Origin: a virus
Taxonomy: Duplodnaviria; Caudoviricetes
DNA length: 64,000 bases
Direction: 5' to 3' (one strand)
Virus record (IMG/VR): IMGVR_UViG_3300033463_006479
Coordinates: 32,001 to 96,000 of that record
Positions 55,454 to 63,867 of the stretch are shown here, piece after piece; the stretch's first letter is position 1, and every line of letters begins with the position of its first letter. A program made the translations under genes and the position numbers. The notes under the pieces were generated by a model. That model was not told the origin of the DNA. It did not search any database and was given only the letters and a program-made list of their open reading frames with translations.

Positions 55454-56455
55454 ATGCGAATACTTGACTCCAACAGATTCATAAACGAAAAACTTGACAT
55501 TAAGCCAGTTTCAAAAACAAGGCTGGCCGAACTGCGTCCGCACAAACACCACCCGAAAACAAAAGATGAACTTGTCGATTGCATATTAAACCACATTTAC
55601 GATAATGGAATTAAATGTGATTTGAACGACATTGATGTTTCGGAAATAACTGATATGTACGGCTTGTTTTCCGACAACTACGGGTTTGACAAATTCAATG
55701 GAGATATTTCCAAATGGGATGTTTCAAATGTGAGGGATATGGAAGGTATGTTCGCTGGTTCACAATTCAACGGGGATATATCAGAATGGAATGTTTCAAA
55801 CGTGGATAATATGGAATCTATGTTTCAAAGGAACAAGGCTTTTGACGGGGATATTTCCAAATGGAATGTGTCAAGCGTAAAGGAAATGGATTTTATGTTC
55901 AAAAATTCATCATTCAACGGGAACATATCAAACTGGAATGTCGGCAATGTTCTTTCTATGAAAGAAATGTTTATGTATTCACAATTTAATAGCGACATTT
56001 CAAAGTGGAATGTCAGCAATGTGAAAAGTATGGAATCTATGTTCAGTGATTCCATATTTGACAAGGACATATCGGGTTGGGATGTGTCAAGTGTAACCAA
56101 TATGAGTTATATGTTCTGTTCATCAAAATTTGACAAAGATATTTCAAAATGGAATGTGTCAAATGTGAAAACTATGGCATCTATGTTCAGTGATTCCATA
56201 TTTGACAAGGACATATCGGGTTGGGATGTGTCAAGTGTAACCAATATGAGTTATATGTTCTGTTCATCAAAATTTGACAAAGATATTTCAAAATGGAATG
56301 TGTCAAGCGTAACCACTATGGAAAGTATGTTTGAAGATTCAGTGTTCAACGGAGATTTGTCTGGATGGAACGTTGTCAATGTAACAAATGACAAACATAT
56401 GTTCCGTAGATGCCCCATTGAGAATGACACCAAGAAACAACCATTGTTTTTTTAA
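55454..56455 (+). CDS. Tagged DUF285 repeat protein
   Basis: Tag + repeats; late promoter at 55431; recent internal duplication. Confidence 0.9.
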   Translation: MRILDSNRFINEKLDIKPVSKTRLAELRPHKHHPKTKDELVDCILNHIYDNGIKCDLNDIDVSEITDMYGLFSDNYGFDKFNGDISKWDVSNVRDMEGMFAGSQFNGDISEWNVSNVDNMESMFQRNKAFDGDISKWNVSSVKEMDFMFKNSSFNGNISNWNVGNVLSMKEMFMYSQFNSDISKWNVSNVKSMESMFSDSIFDKDISGWDVSSVTNMSYMFCSSKFDKDISKWNVSNVKTMASMFSDSIFDKDISGWDVSSVTNMSYMFCSSKFDKDISKWNVSSVTTMESMFEDSVFNGDLSGWNVVNVTNDKHMFRRCPIENDTKKQPLFF

Positions 56456-56457
56456 GT

Positions 56458-57486
56458 ATGCGTATTTACAGAACTGACATATTCAATGAGAAACTTTCCA
56501 TACAGCCAGTAACAAAAACAAGGCTTAATGATATGGGTGTTGCTTTTAGCAAAGACCCAAAAAAACTTTTGCAAGCTGGCGACAGTGTTGTGATTAAAGA
56601 CAGCGCATATCCAAAAGGGATAAATGGTATGTTTATGCTATATGTGCCAGATGAGGATATGCGCAAATACGAATATGCCAAAAAATTTAATTTGTCTGGG
56701 TATTACAAATATAGTGATGCCGAGCGTAATGAGGGTGCATTTATCGGCCATAGTCCAAGCGGTTTCATTTTTGCACTGTTGAACAACTTTGATTGTTTAT
56801 TGAATTGTTGGACACGCCCAAACGGTGAACTGAAAGTCATTGAAATACGTAGATATGACAATATACAGAAGCAGCCATTTGACGAATATATTGTGAAGCG
56901 TGGCGGTACTGTCTTTGATGGAACATACGAAACGATATGGAAATGCGATGACAAATTAAATGAGAAACTTTCCATACAGCCAGTAACAAAAACAAGGCTT
57001 AATGATATGCATCCGTACAATTATAGGCCGACAACAAAAGCCGAACTTATAAGAATAATGGACAAACGCATATTGGATGAAGGCTTGCATTGCAACCTCA
57101 ACGACATAAATGTTTCAGCAATAAAAGATATGTCTGGGCTGTTTATGACTGATTTCAACAGATTTGACGGCGACATATCTGAATGGAATGTTTCCAATGT
57201 CGTTGATATGAGCCGTATGTTTTATGATTCGGATTTCAATGGCGACATATCAAAGTGGAATGTCGGTAAAGTTGAGAATATGTATCAGATGTTCGCATAT
57301 TCAAAGTTTAATGGAAAAATATCAAACTGGGATTTGTCAAGTGTGAATGATATGTTCCAGATGTTCGCAAATTCATATTATTCAAGGGATTTGTCCTGCT
57401 GGGATATTTCACACGTTAGGGATACTGGAAATATGTTCAGCGGTTGTCCGCTTGAATCAAAAAAAGAAAAGCAACCTCAATATTAA
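56458..57486 (+). CDS. Two-module protein: tag-X, tag-DUF285
   Basis: Identical NEKLSIQPVTKTRLNDM occurs twice. Confidence 0.9.
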   Translation: MRIYRTDIFNEKLSIQPVTKTRLNDMGVAFSKDPKKLLQAGDSVVIKDSAYPKGINGMFMLYVPDEDMRKYEYAKKFNLSGYYKYSDAERNEGAFIGHSPSGFIFALLNNFDCLLNCWTRPNGELKVIEIRRYDNIQKQPFDEYIVKRGGTVFDGTYETIWKCDDKLNEKLSIQPVTKTRLNDMHPYNYRPTTKAELIRIMDKRILDEGLHCNLNDINVSAIKDMSGLFMTDFNRFDGDISEWNVSNVVDMSRMFYDSDFNGDISKWNVGKVENMYQMFAYSKFNGKISNWDLSSVNDMFQMFANSYYSRDLSCWDISHVRDTGNMFSGCPLESKKEKQPQY

Positions 57487-57490
57487 GATT

Positions 57491-58516
57491 ATGGAAATAA
57501 TGGATACCAAAAAATACAATGAGAAATTGGATATAAAGCCAATGTCAAGGACACAGCTTATGTCAAGAAGCTGGGATATTTTCGGGCAACTGAAAGACGG
57601 CGATGTTGTAATCGTGCATTGCGATACAATGAACGGTATAGAAGATGTGAGGTTTGTGTTTGTTTCCGAAGAAAGTATGAGGAAGTACGCATATGCGAAA
57701 ACCTACAATTTCACTTTATACACATCCAATTTATATAGCGATAGGCAGCACGGCACGCTTATAGCATATTACTCAAACAAGTTTTCATATACATTGTTCA
57801 GCAAGTTTAGAAGAAATGGGGAATATAAAGCGGATAGAAGTGGTTACAGATATATAATAAAGGAGATAAGAAGATACGACAAACCTCCGTATCAGCCGTT
57901 CTCTGATTTGTATTTCCAACAGATAGGCAATTATGGAAACTATACCATATTGTATAGCAATTCGATAACGACAAAAATCAGCGAGAAACTGAACATAAGA
58001 CCTATTTCAAAAAGTCAGCTCGGATTGTATAAGACGAAAACTGTTACAATAAACGGACAGATTTGGACAGCCGAAAACGCATCAACCACAAGAGCGAATG
58101 ACGGCACTCGTCTTGTTGAGGGTGTTGATTATTTCGTGCATAACGGTGAATACTTCTATACGGAAATGAGTGCACAAAAAATTATTCCTTATGGTTGGCG
58201 ATTGCCATATACAAATGATTGGTATCATTTGTTTTCATCTGTAAATGGTAATGTTTTATCACTTGTATCAAAAGAATATGGCGGAACTGATGACTATGGG
58301 TTTGGTATAAAATTTCTTGGGATATATGGAAAGAGCAGGATGATAGGAGAAAACCAATATGCAAATTTCATTATCGGTGATAAAAAAGAAACGGATGGCA
58401 GCACAAATACTATGAAGTTGCTTAACGGAGACCAATATAATGAAAACGGAACTATGTGGGAGGAAACGCTGCCTGGTGTGTATGGTGTATCGTTGAGATT
58501 TATAAAAAACACATAA
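57491..58516 (+). CDS. Two-module protein: tag-X, tag-FISUMP (Fibrobacter succinogenes major paralogous domain)
   Basis: Internal ISEKLNIRPISK; TVTINGQIWTAEN, PYGWRLP, GTDDYGF, SLRFIK. Confidence 0.8.
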   Translation: MEIMDTKKYNEKLDIKPMSRTQLMSRSWDIFGQLKDGDVVIVHCDTMNGIEDVRFVFVSEESMRKYAYAKTYNFTLYTSNLYSDRQHGTLIAYYSNKFSYTLFSKFRRNGEYKADRSGYRYIIKEIRRYDKPPYQPFSDLYFQQIGNYGNYTILYSNSITTKISEKLNIRPISKSQLGLYKTKTVTINGQIWTAENASTTRANDGTRLVEGVDYFVHNGEYFYTEMSAQKIIPYGWRLPYTNDWYHLFSSVNGNVLSLVSKEYGGTDDYGFGIKFLGIYGKSRMIGENQYANFIIGDKKETDGSTNTMKLLNGDQYNENGTMWEETLPGVYGVSLRFIKNT

Positions 58517-58520
58517 AACA

Positions 58521-58988
58521 ATGGAACGCATACACGAGAAACTTGGTATAAAACCGATAACAAGGGAACGGCTGAAGAACATCAAACTGGACGGATTAAA
58601 AGGTCTGCTCAAAACTGGTGATGTTGTTACAATAATAATGACATATACGAGCGGAAGAACAGAGGAAAGACGATATGTTTTTATTTCGGAAACCGATATG
58701 CCGAAATACGAAAGACTGTTCGGATTTGAAACTTGGGGAAGAAACAAGGCATATTCCATTGACGGATTTTTCGTTCATTATGATATTGTGCGGTACAAAT
58801 ATCTGGCTGTTTCAAATTTTGACAAAAACCTTGTATATAACGACAACTATGGTACGATACGAGAAGTTGTGCAGATAAAGAGAATGTCAAATCCGCAGCC
58901 GTTGGACGAAAGATATTTTTTGAGAATCAAAAGCGTCATTTTTGATGAACTGGATGAATTTGACATCATCGTTTTTGAAAAGAAATAG
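58521..58988 (+). CDS. Tagged protein with domain X
   Basis: IHEKLGIKPITRERL; LKTGDVV. Confidence 0.8.
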   Translation: MERIHEKLGIKPITRERLKNIKLDGLKGLLKTGDVVTIIMTYTSGRTEERRYVFISETDMPKYERLFGFETWGRNKAYSIDGFFVHYDIVRYKYLAVSNFDKNLVYNDNYGTIREVVQIKRMSNPQPLDERYFLRIKSVIFDELDEFDIIVFEKK

Positions 58989-58992
58989 TATT

Positions 58993-59556
58993 ATGAAAAT
59001 ATTTGACATCGAACAATTAAATGAGAAACTTGACATAAAGCCCGTTACGAAAAGCGGACTTAATGACATATTGTTTTCAAGTCGTGTCAAGATTGGTAAA
59101 AATATATGGACTTCAAAGAACTACAACATTACTGTTTGCGCAGACGGAAGCCAGCTTGAAGAAGGTCAAGATTATGTAAAGAACGGCGATGATGTATATT
59201 ACGCATACAAAGCGGCTGAACGGGTAGTTCCGAATGGATGGCATCTTCCGACATATAAAGATGTAGAAGCGTTGTTTATTTCGGCGGCTGGAAGCAGGGA
59301 TTGGCTATTGTCAAAAAGTTTGGGCGGAAAAGACATTTTCGGTTTCAACGCACTTTATACTGGATATGTTGGAACAACTGGTGCTGTAAACGGCAAGGTT
59401 TGCGGTTTTGGCGATAGGTCTTTCTTTTGGTGTGATGACTTTGTTGATTCTGAAGGATATGGATATGTCGCATTAAAATCAAATTACAACAAACTTATAT
59501 ACGACCGTACAAAATCATATATAAAACTACCGATAAGACTTGTGAAAAACATATAA
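58993..59556 (+). CDS. Tagged FISUMP-domain protein
   Basis: VKIGKNIWTSKN, PNGWHLPT, FGFNALYTGY, FFW, PIRLVK. Confidence 0.82.
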   Translation: MKIFDIEQLNEKLDIKPVTKSGLNDILFSSRVKIGKNIWTSKNYNITVCADGSQLEEGQDYVKNGDDVYYAYKAAERVVPNGWHLPTYKDVEALFISAAGSRDWLLSKSLGGKDIFGFNALYTGYVGTTGAVNGKVCGFGDRSFFWCDDFVDSEGYGYVALKSNYNKLIYDRTKSYIKLPIRLVKNI

Positions 59557-59566
59557 CGCCATTATA

Positions 59567-60070
59567 ATGAGAATATTGAAATGCGGAGATTTCATAAACG
59601 AAAAACTTGACATAAAGCCAGTTTCAAAAGAAAGGCTGTCCGATATGGGTGCGGAGTTTAACAACGAAATTACGCAACTGTTAAACAAATGGAGCACTAT
59701 GGAACTTGCTGAACACATAGACATACAAAACAATTTGCTTAAACACGGAATACGAGATACAAGAGGTCGTTTTATTGAAACTTTTACTCATATACGATTT
59801 AAGGTTGAAGACAAGTTTGACAGCTTTTGGCGAGATTACCGATATGGCAGCTATAAAAACGATAAAGCACATTTCTACAAAAAACACAAGAAATATGCTA
59901 ACAACAAACAATTAAGGCCACAGACTATAATTATGTCGCTGCTTGTTATGCTTGAAAAGAATCTGAAAGACAAATTCTATTATCCAATAATTGAACTATA
60001 TCTTGAACGTTTCAAGGAGCAATACATTATTGGAAACGATGAAATTGAGCATATATTTTTCAAGCAATAA
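59567..60070 (+). CDS. Tagged hypothetical protein
   Basis: FINEKLDIKPVSKERL. Confidence 0.8.
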   Translation: MRILKCGDFINEKLDIKPVSKERLSDMGAEFNNEITQLLNKWSTMELAEHIDIQNNLLKHGIRDTRGRFIETFTHIRFKVEDKFDSFWRDYRYGSYKNDKAHFYKKHKKYANNKQLRPQTIIMSLLVMLEKNLKDKFYYPIIELYLERFKEQYIIGNDEIEHIFFKQ

Positions 60071-60527
60071 TTTTGCTGAATAAAATGTCGCATAATGCTT
60101 TTTCTCCAATAGGAAACTTTATGCAGAAATCACGAACATACAATTTCACGATTTCAATGTAGTCTTTTTTCATATCAAATTCGTGATTGCAATATATGTC
60201 AAAAATAGCATATAGACGAAGCAACTCTGAATTTCTTGATAGGTTTCCAATACTTTTGAGTATTATTGAACTGTGAAGTATATGATTATCTTTGATACAA
60301 GCGATTTCAGCCCATTTCAGATATGTTTTGACACTTTGCTTGACTTGTGCCTCAACATCAATATAATCAAATTCGATACGCATTTTTAAACGCAGGTTTT
60401 CGATATATATTGGCAGCAAAACCAGTTTCTTGTGTATGGAAAGTGCATACTCAACATCACCCATACCTTTCATTGATTTGAGCCGTTTGGCTGTTATAGG
60501 TGTTATGTCAAGTTTCTTGTGTTCCAT
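60060..60527 (-). CDS. Partially tagged hypothetical protein, probable paralog of 59567-60070
   Basis: KKLDITPITAKRL; shared C-terminal Y..I..LY...F.....IG......I.F. Confidence 0.7.
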   Translation of the reverse strand: MEHKKLDITPITAKRLKSMKGMGDVEYALSIHKKLVLLPIYIENLRLKMRIEFDYIDVEAQVKQSVKTYLKWAEIACIKDNHILHSSIILKSIGNLSRNSELLRLYAIFDIYCNHEFDMKKDYIEIVKLYVRDFCIKFPIGEKALCDILFSKIIA

Positions 60528-60529
60528 AA

Positions 60530-61033
60530 TTAATATAAATCTTCTGAAAAAAGTTCGCCGTCAAGCCCGCCATTTTCATCAATCTGACCAGCGGTCTTGG
60601 CTATATCAAACGCTTCCTTGCGACTGACAAACCTTCCGTTACTTGTTATGAATCCTTGCACGGCCTTGCACCTTGTCAAGTCTTTTTCGTGCCATCCGTA
60701 TTTGACACGCAGTTCGTCATACTTCTGTATTTCCTCTGGCGTTGCGTGCCCGAACACATTTAGCAGGAAATTCGGGTTTGTCGGCAGGATATCTCCGATA
60801 TGCGGATGTCTGTAACCGCCGAGGACAAACCCAGTTTCAATCCCATAGTGTTTCTGAAACGGATATTCGATTCCGTTGTCATACCATATAGCAGCGCACA
60901 CGACATATTCAATGGGTTCATAACAAACCTCAACGTCTTCGTTTTCCGCAAACCAAGCGAGTGCTTCCTTTTCGGATACGAAGTCGGATATGCCGTGGCC
61001 GTCTTTTCTGATATGAACTTTCATTATTTGCAA
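60530..61033 (-). CDS. Conserved phage hypothetical protein
   Basis: VCAAIWY, GYRH, QGFITSNGRFVSRKEA..IA..AGQ, LFSEDLY. Confidence 0.75.
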   Translation of the reverse strand: MQIMKVHIRKDGHGISDFVSEKEALAWFAENEDVEVCYEPIEYVVCAAIWYDNGIEYPFQKHYGIETGFVLGGYRHPHIGDILPTNPNFLLNVFGHATPEEIQKYDELRVKYGWHEKDLTRCKAVQGFITSNGRFVSRKEAFDIAKTAGQIDENGGLDGELFSEDLY

Positions 61034-61746
61034 TAGATTTTGAAATCACCACCAACCCATCCAGTGCTGCACGACAGAATGGTGTCTTTTGGAAAATTCA
61101 TTTTGCGAACCCACCTCATAAGTGATTTCATAGTTTTGGCTCTAACACTGGCATCACTTGAACCCCATTTATATTTCGGGATATGTATGTCAAAAACATC
61201 AAGTGTGTGCCATCCTACCTCCTTGTCGTTATCATCGCAATCAAACCACAAGGTAGTTCCATATTCGCTTGTGTTTTCCTTTCCGAAATAACTTGCACTG
61301 ACATCAACATAGCCACGGGCAAGGCAAAGTTTGTTGTTGTTCTTGTCGTTGAACTTGTAATTTTTGAAATCAAGGACAAACTTTTTTGCTGGAACATAAT
61401 GCCAGCGTTCAAAGTCGTATTTGCCGCCTTTGCCTTTTGCCTCACGAACCATATCAATCCACTCGTCACTATAACACCAGCGCAGACCTTCAATTATCGG
61501 TTGCGGGAGATTGTCCATCTGTGCAATGCAGACATCAATCGCAAGAGGAAAGTTTGTTACGGGATGTTCCTTTGACGGGTTGTAATCCTCACTGGTTTCA
61601 TCCCAATCATTCCAATCTTGCGAATAAACACACCGCATTGGGTCTAACGTACAGCGTGCCATAATTTCGTCACGATGTTCTTTCAAGAATGCCACGATTG
61701 TTTCGGCATCCGCTTTGTTTGCATAAATCTTGTCTATTGCTGCCAT
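61024..61746 (-). CDS. Hypothetical protein
   Basis: 240-aa ORF in a tightly packed operon. Confidence 0.75.
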   Translation of the reverse strand: MAAIDKIYANKADAETIVAFLKEHRDEIMARCTLDPMRCVYSQDWNDWDETSEDYNPSKEHPVTNFPLAIDVCIAQMDNLPQPIIEGLRWCYSDEWIDMVREAKGKGGKYDFERWHYVPAKKFVLDFKNYKFNDKNNNKLCLARGYVDVSASYFGKENTSEYGTTLWFDCDDNDKEVGWHTLDVFDIHIPKYKWGSSDASVRAKTMKSLMRWVRKMNFPKDTILSCSTGWVGGDFKIYCK

Positions 61747-61749
61747 AAT

Positions 61750-62244
61750 TTATAAGTATATTCCAAATAAAGGTTCTTCACAATCTTTTAGTGAGCTTAC
61801 ATATTCAGCGTAAAGCTCTCGTTGTTTGTCATAATTGTTATTTAATATGTCTGATATTTTTGTTCCCAAATCGTCCAATCCACACATTGCATAATCAGCA
61901 TATAGTGTGATGGTTTCATCGCTTGTTCCCGTAATTCTATCATATTTGGAAATCATTGCATTATGTAATGTAACGGAATTATCAACACCAGCGGATATTC
62001 CGCAAGTGAATGTGCCTTCTTTCTTGCGCCAAATGCCGCTTGGTACTATGTTATTTTGTATAAGTGCATTGAAGTATTTGGAAATGTTTTTTCCACGAAA
62101 ACGCACTGATATTGACGGGTCATCATAACTGCCGACAACACCTATTTCAAAACCAGACACTGGAACATCAAGACGTTTGGGTGTATTGCCGTTTTTATGC
62201 TCAATGACAAGCACAACGTCATCTGAAAACTTATGGTATCTCAT
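61750..62244 (-). CDS. Hypothetical protein, probable paralog of 63280-63867
   Basis: D(V/I)PVSxF...GxNIxKY motif shared. Confidence 0.7.
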   Translation of the reverse strand: MRYHKFSDDVVLVIEHKNGNTPKRLDVPVSGFEIGVVGSYDDPSISVRFRGKNISKYFNALIQNNIVPSGIWRKKEGTFTCGISAGVDNSVTLHNAMISKYDRITGTSDETITLYADYAMCGLDDLGTKISDILNNNYDKQRELYAEYVSSLKDCEEPLFGIYL

Positions 62245-62245
62245 A

Positions 62246-62764
62246 TTAAATCAGTTTTGAAAGAACATCACGGAGTTTCTGTTCCTTAACGCCTTCGCTT
62301 TTCTTTTTCATATCCTCACGATTCATAATGCAGAGCGGTGTGAACAATCCTTTTTTGCAAAGCAAATTGGCCAGTTTTTTGTCTTCAACTGACATACTAT
62401 GGAGAATATTGAAGTTGATTGCATCTGCAATTTCGCAATGTGATGGATAGTAACCATAATTTTTCTTGTATTCAAATCCCTTGATTTCAAGATAGCGTTT
62501 TTCCATCTTCTCATATTCAATCTCTTCATCGCACATAGGCACAAACCCGTCATACAATTTTTTGAAAACATCATACGATTTCAAAATGGCATACAATGCA
62601 CAAAGCTCTTTGCTTGTGTATGCGTCCAGCCATTTTCTGACAATGCAGTATCCCCCTTTTAGCTCGTCAAAGCCAACCAGTTTTTTCGGAAGCAGGCTTT
62701 CCATACGATAATCAACAGAAATTGAACAGATAGCGTCCTTAAATAATTCTTTTGTGTCAATCAT
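62246..62764 (-). CDS. Hypothetical protein
   Basis: 172-aa ORF after a Bacteroidetes-type promoter. Confidence 0.75.
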   Translation of the reverse strand: MIDTKELFKDAICSISVDYRMESLLPKKLVGFDELKGGYCIVRKWLDAYTSKELCALYAILKSYDVFKKLYDGFVPMCDEEIEYEKMEKRYLEIKGFEYKKNYGYYPSHCEIADAINFNILHSMSVEDKKLANLLCKKGLFTPLCIMNREDMKKKSEGVKEQKLRDVLSKLI

Positions 62765-62784
62765 AATTCCATATTTTTACGCTG

Positions 62785-62852
62785 CAAAAATACGACAATG
62801 TTTTGATATGACAATAGGAAAAATGAAAAAGTTATCAACAAACTTATCAACA
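62785..62852 (-). promoter_or_regulatory. Bacteroidetes-type promoter (TATTTTTG) with tandem TTATCAACA boxes
   Basis: Third copy of the layout. Confidence 0.7.
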
Positions 62853-63272
62853 GCAAGGATGCGATTCAAGAAAATTGATGATTTCATCCCAATCTGTTTC
62901 TGGCTCAAATCCGAACTTGTCATCAATACCGACATTGAAATATATTTTTTCTTTTGAATATATGTCGGTGTCGCCAACTTCTGGGTTGCTGTTCATATAG
63001 TCAAACACTATTCCGTTTTTCACCATATACGCCCAGTATTTTGTAAGTTTGTCGGAATGTGTGCCACTCCATAGTATAAGGCATATATCGTTTCTGTCGC
63101 TCATCATTTGCAACGCCTCTTTTGCGTTGCCGAGCCAGTTGTAGTTGCAGTCGGATGAATAGTCCGATTCAAATATAGTTCCGTGAATGTCAATGAGGAC
63201 ATATATGTATTCCCATCTCTGTTCACGCATACGCTCAAATGCGTTTTCAAATGCTTTTGTGATTCCGCCCAT
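62847..63272 (-). CDS. HAD-superfamily hydrolase-like protein
   Basis: LIDIHGTI, ILWSG, GIDDK. Confidence 0.7.
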   Translation of the reverse strand: MGGITKAFENAFERMREQRWEYIYVLIDIHGTIFESDYSSDCNYNWLGNAKEALQMMSDRNDICLILWSGTHSDKLTKYWAYMVKNGIVFDYMNSNPEVGDTDIYSKEKIYFNVGIDDKFGFEPETDWDEIINFLESHPCC

Positions 63273-63279
63273 AATGATA

Positions 63280-63867
63280 TTATTGAAAATCTGATGATAT
63301 TGCGGCAAGTGTCTTGTATAAGGCATCTTGGCCAGTTGAAGCTATCTGTGCGGCCATTTGCTGTATTTCTCTTTCGTCTTGGATTTTCCAGATAAAAGAT
63401 GAATTTTGTGCAGCACGACAACTTGTGTTAATTATGTCTGGTGTCATACGATAGTTTTCAATCTCGTGTGCGTTTTCCAAGAATTGTTTTTCAAACAAGT
63501 CAGCGGATTGACAACTATTTTTAAAACCAGATTTACGGCCACGAAGCAATGCGTTGCTTGCAGCCATTCTGATATAATGCTTATCCGAAGAAACAACTGC
63601 CCTTTGTATGGCAGCAACGCATTTGTTATCGCTGTCAAATATCACACAATCACATATAGAATCGTATATACTTATTATACCGTTGTGTGAATGCATCCAT
63701 TCAACATACTTGTCTATATTCCTGCCAGACAATAGCAAATCAACCTCGCTTGACAATCCATATTTAGCACCGCAATATACAAAATTGGATACTGGAATGT
63801 CAATAGTCTTTTTGCGTTTTGTCAATTTGAACACAAAGTTTCCGTATATTGTTACATTTTCTACCAT
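63280..63867 (-). CDS. Hypothetical protein
   Basis: Likely start MVENV at 63867. Confidence 0.65.
   Translation of the reverse strand: MVENVTIYGNFVFKLTKRKKTIDIPVSNFVYCGAKYGLSSEVDLLLSGRNIDKYVEWMHSHNGIISIYDSICDCVIFDSDNKCVAAIQRAVVSSDKHYIRMAASNALLRGRKSGFKNSCQSADLFEKQFLENAHEIENYRMTPDIINTSCRAAQNSSFIWKIQDEREIQQMAAQIASTGQDALYKTLAAISSDFQ

Noticed and set aside
27-56433. Many antisense ORFs (MSPLN..., MWCAFK...) over DUF285 and LRR genes
   Set aside because: They are shadow frames of repetitive coding sequence on the opposite strand
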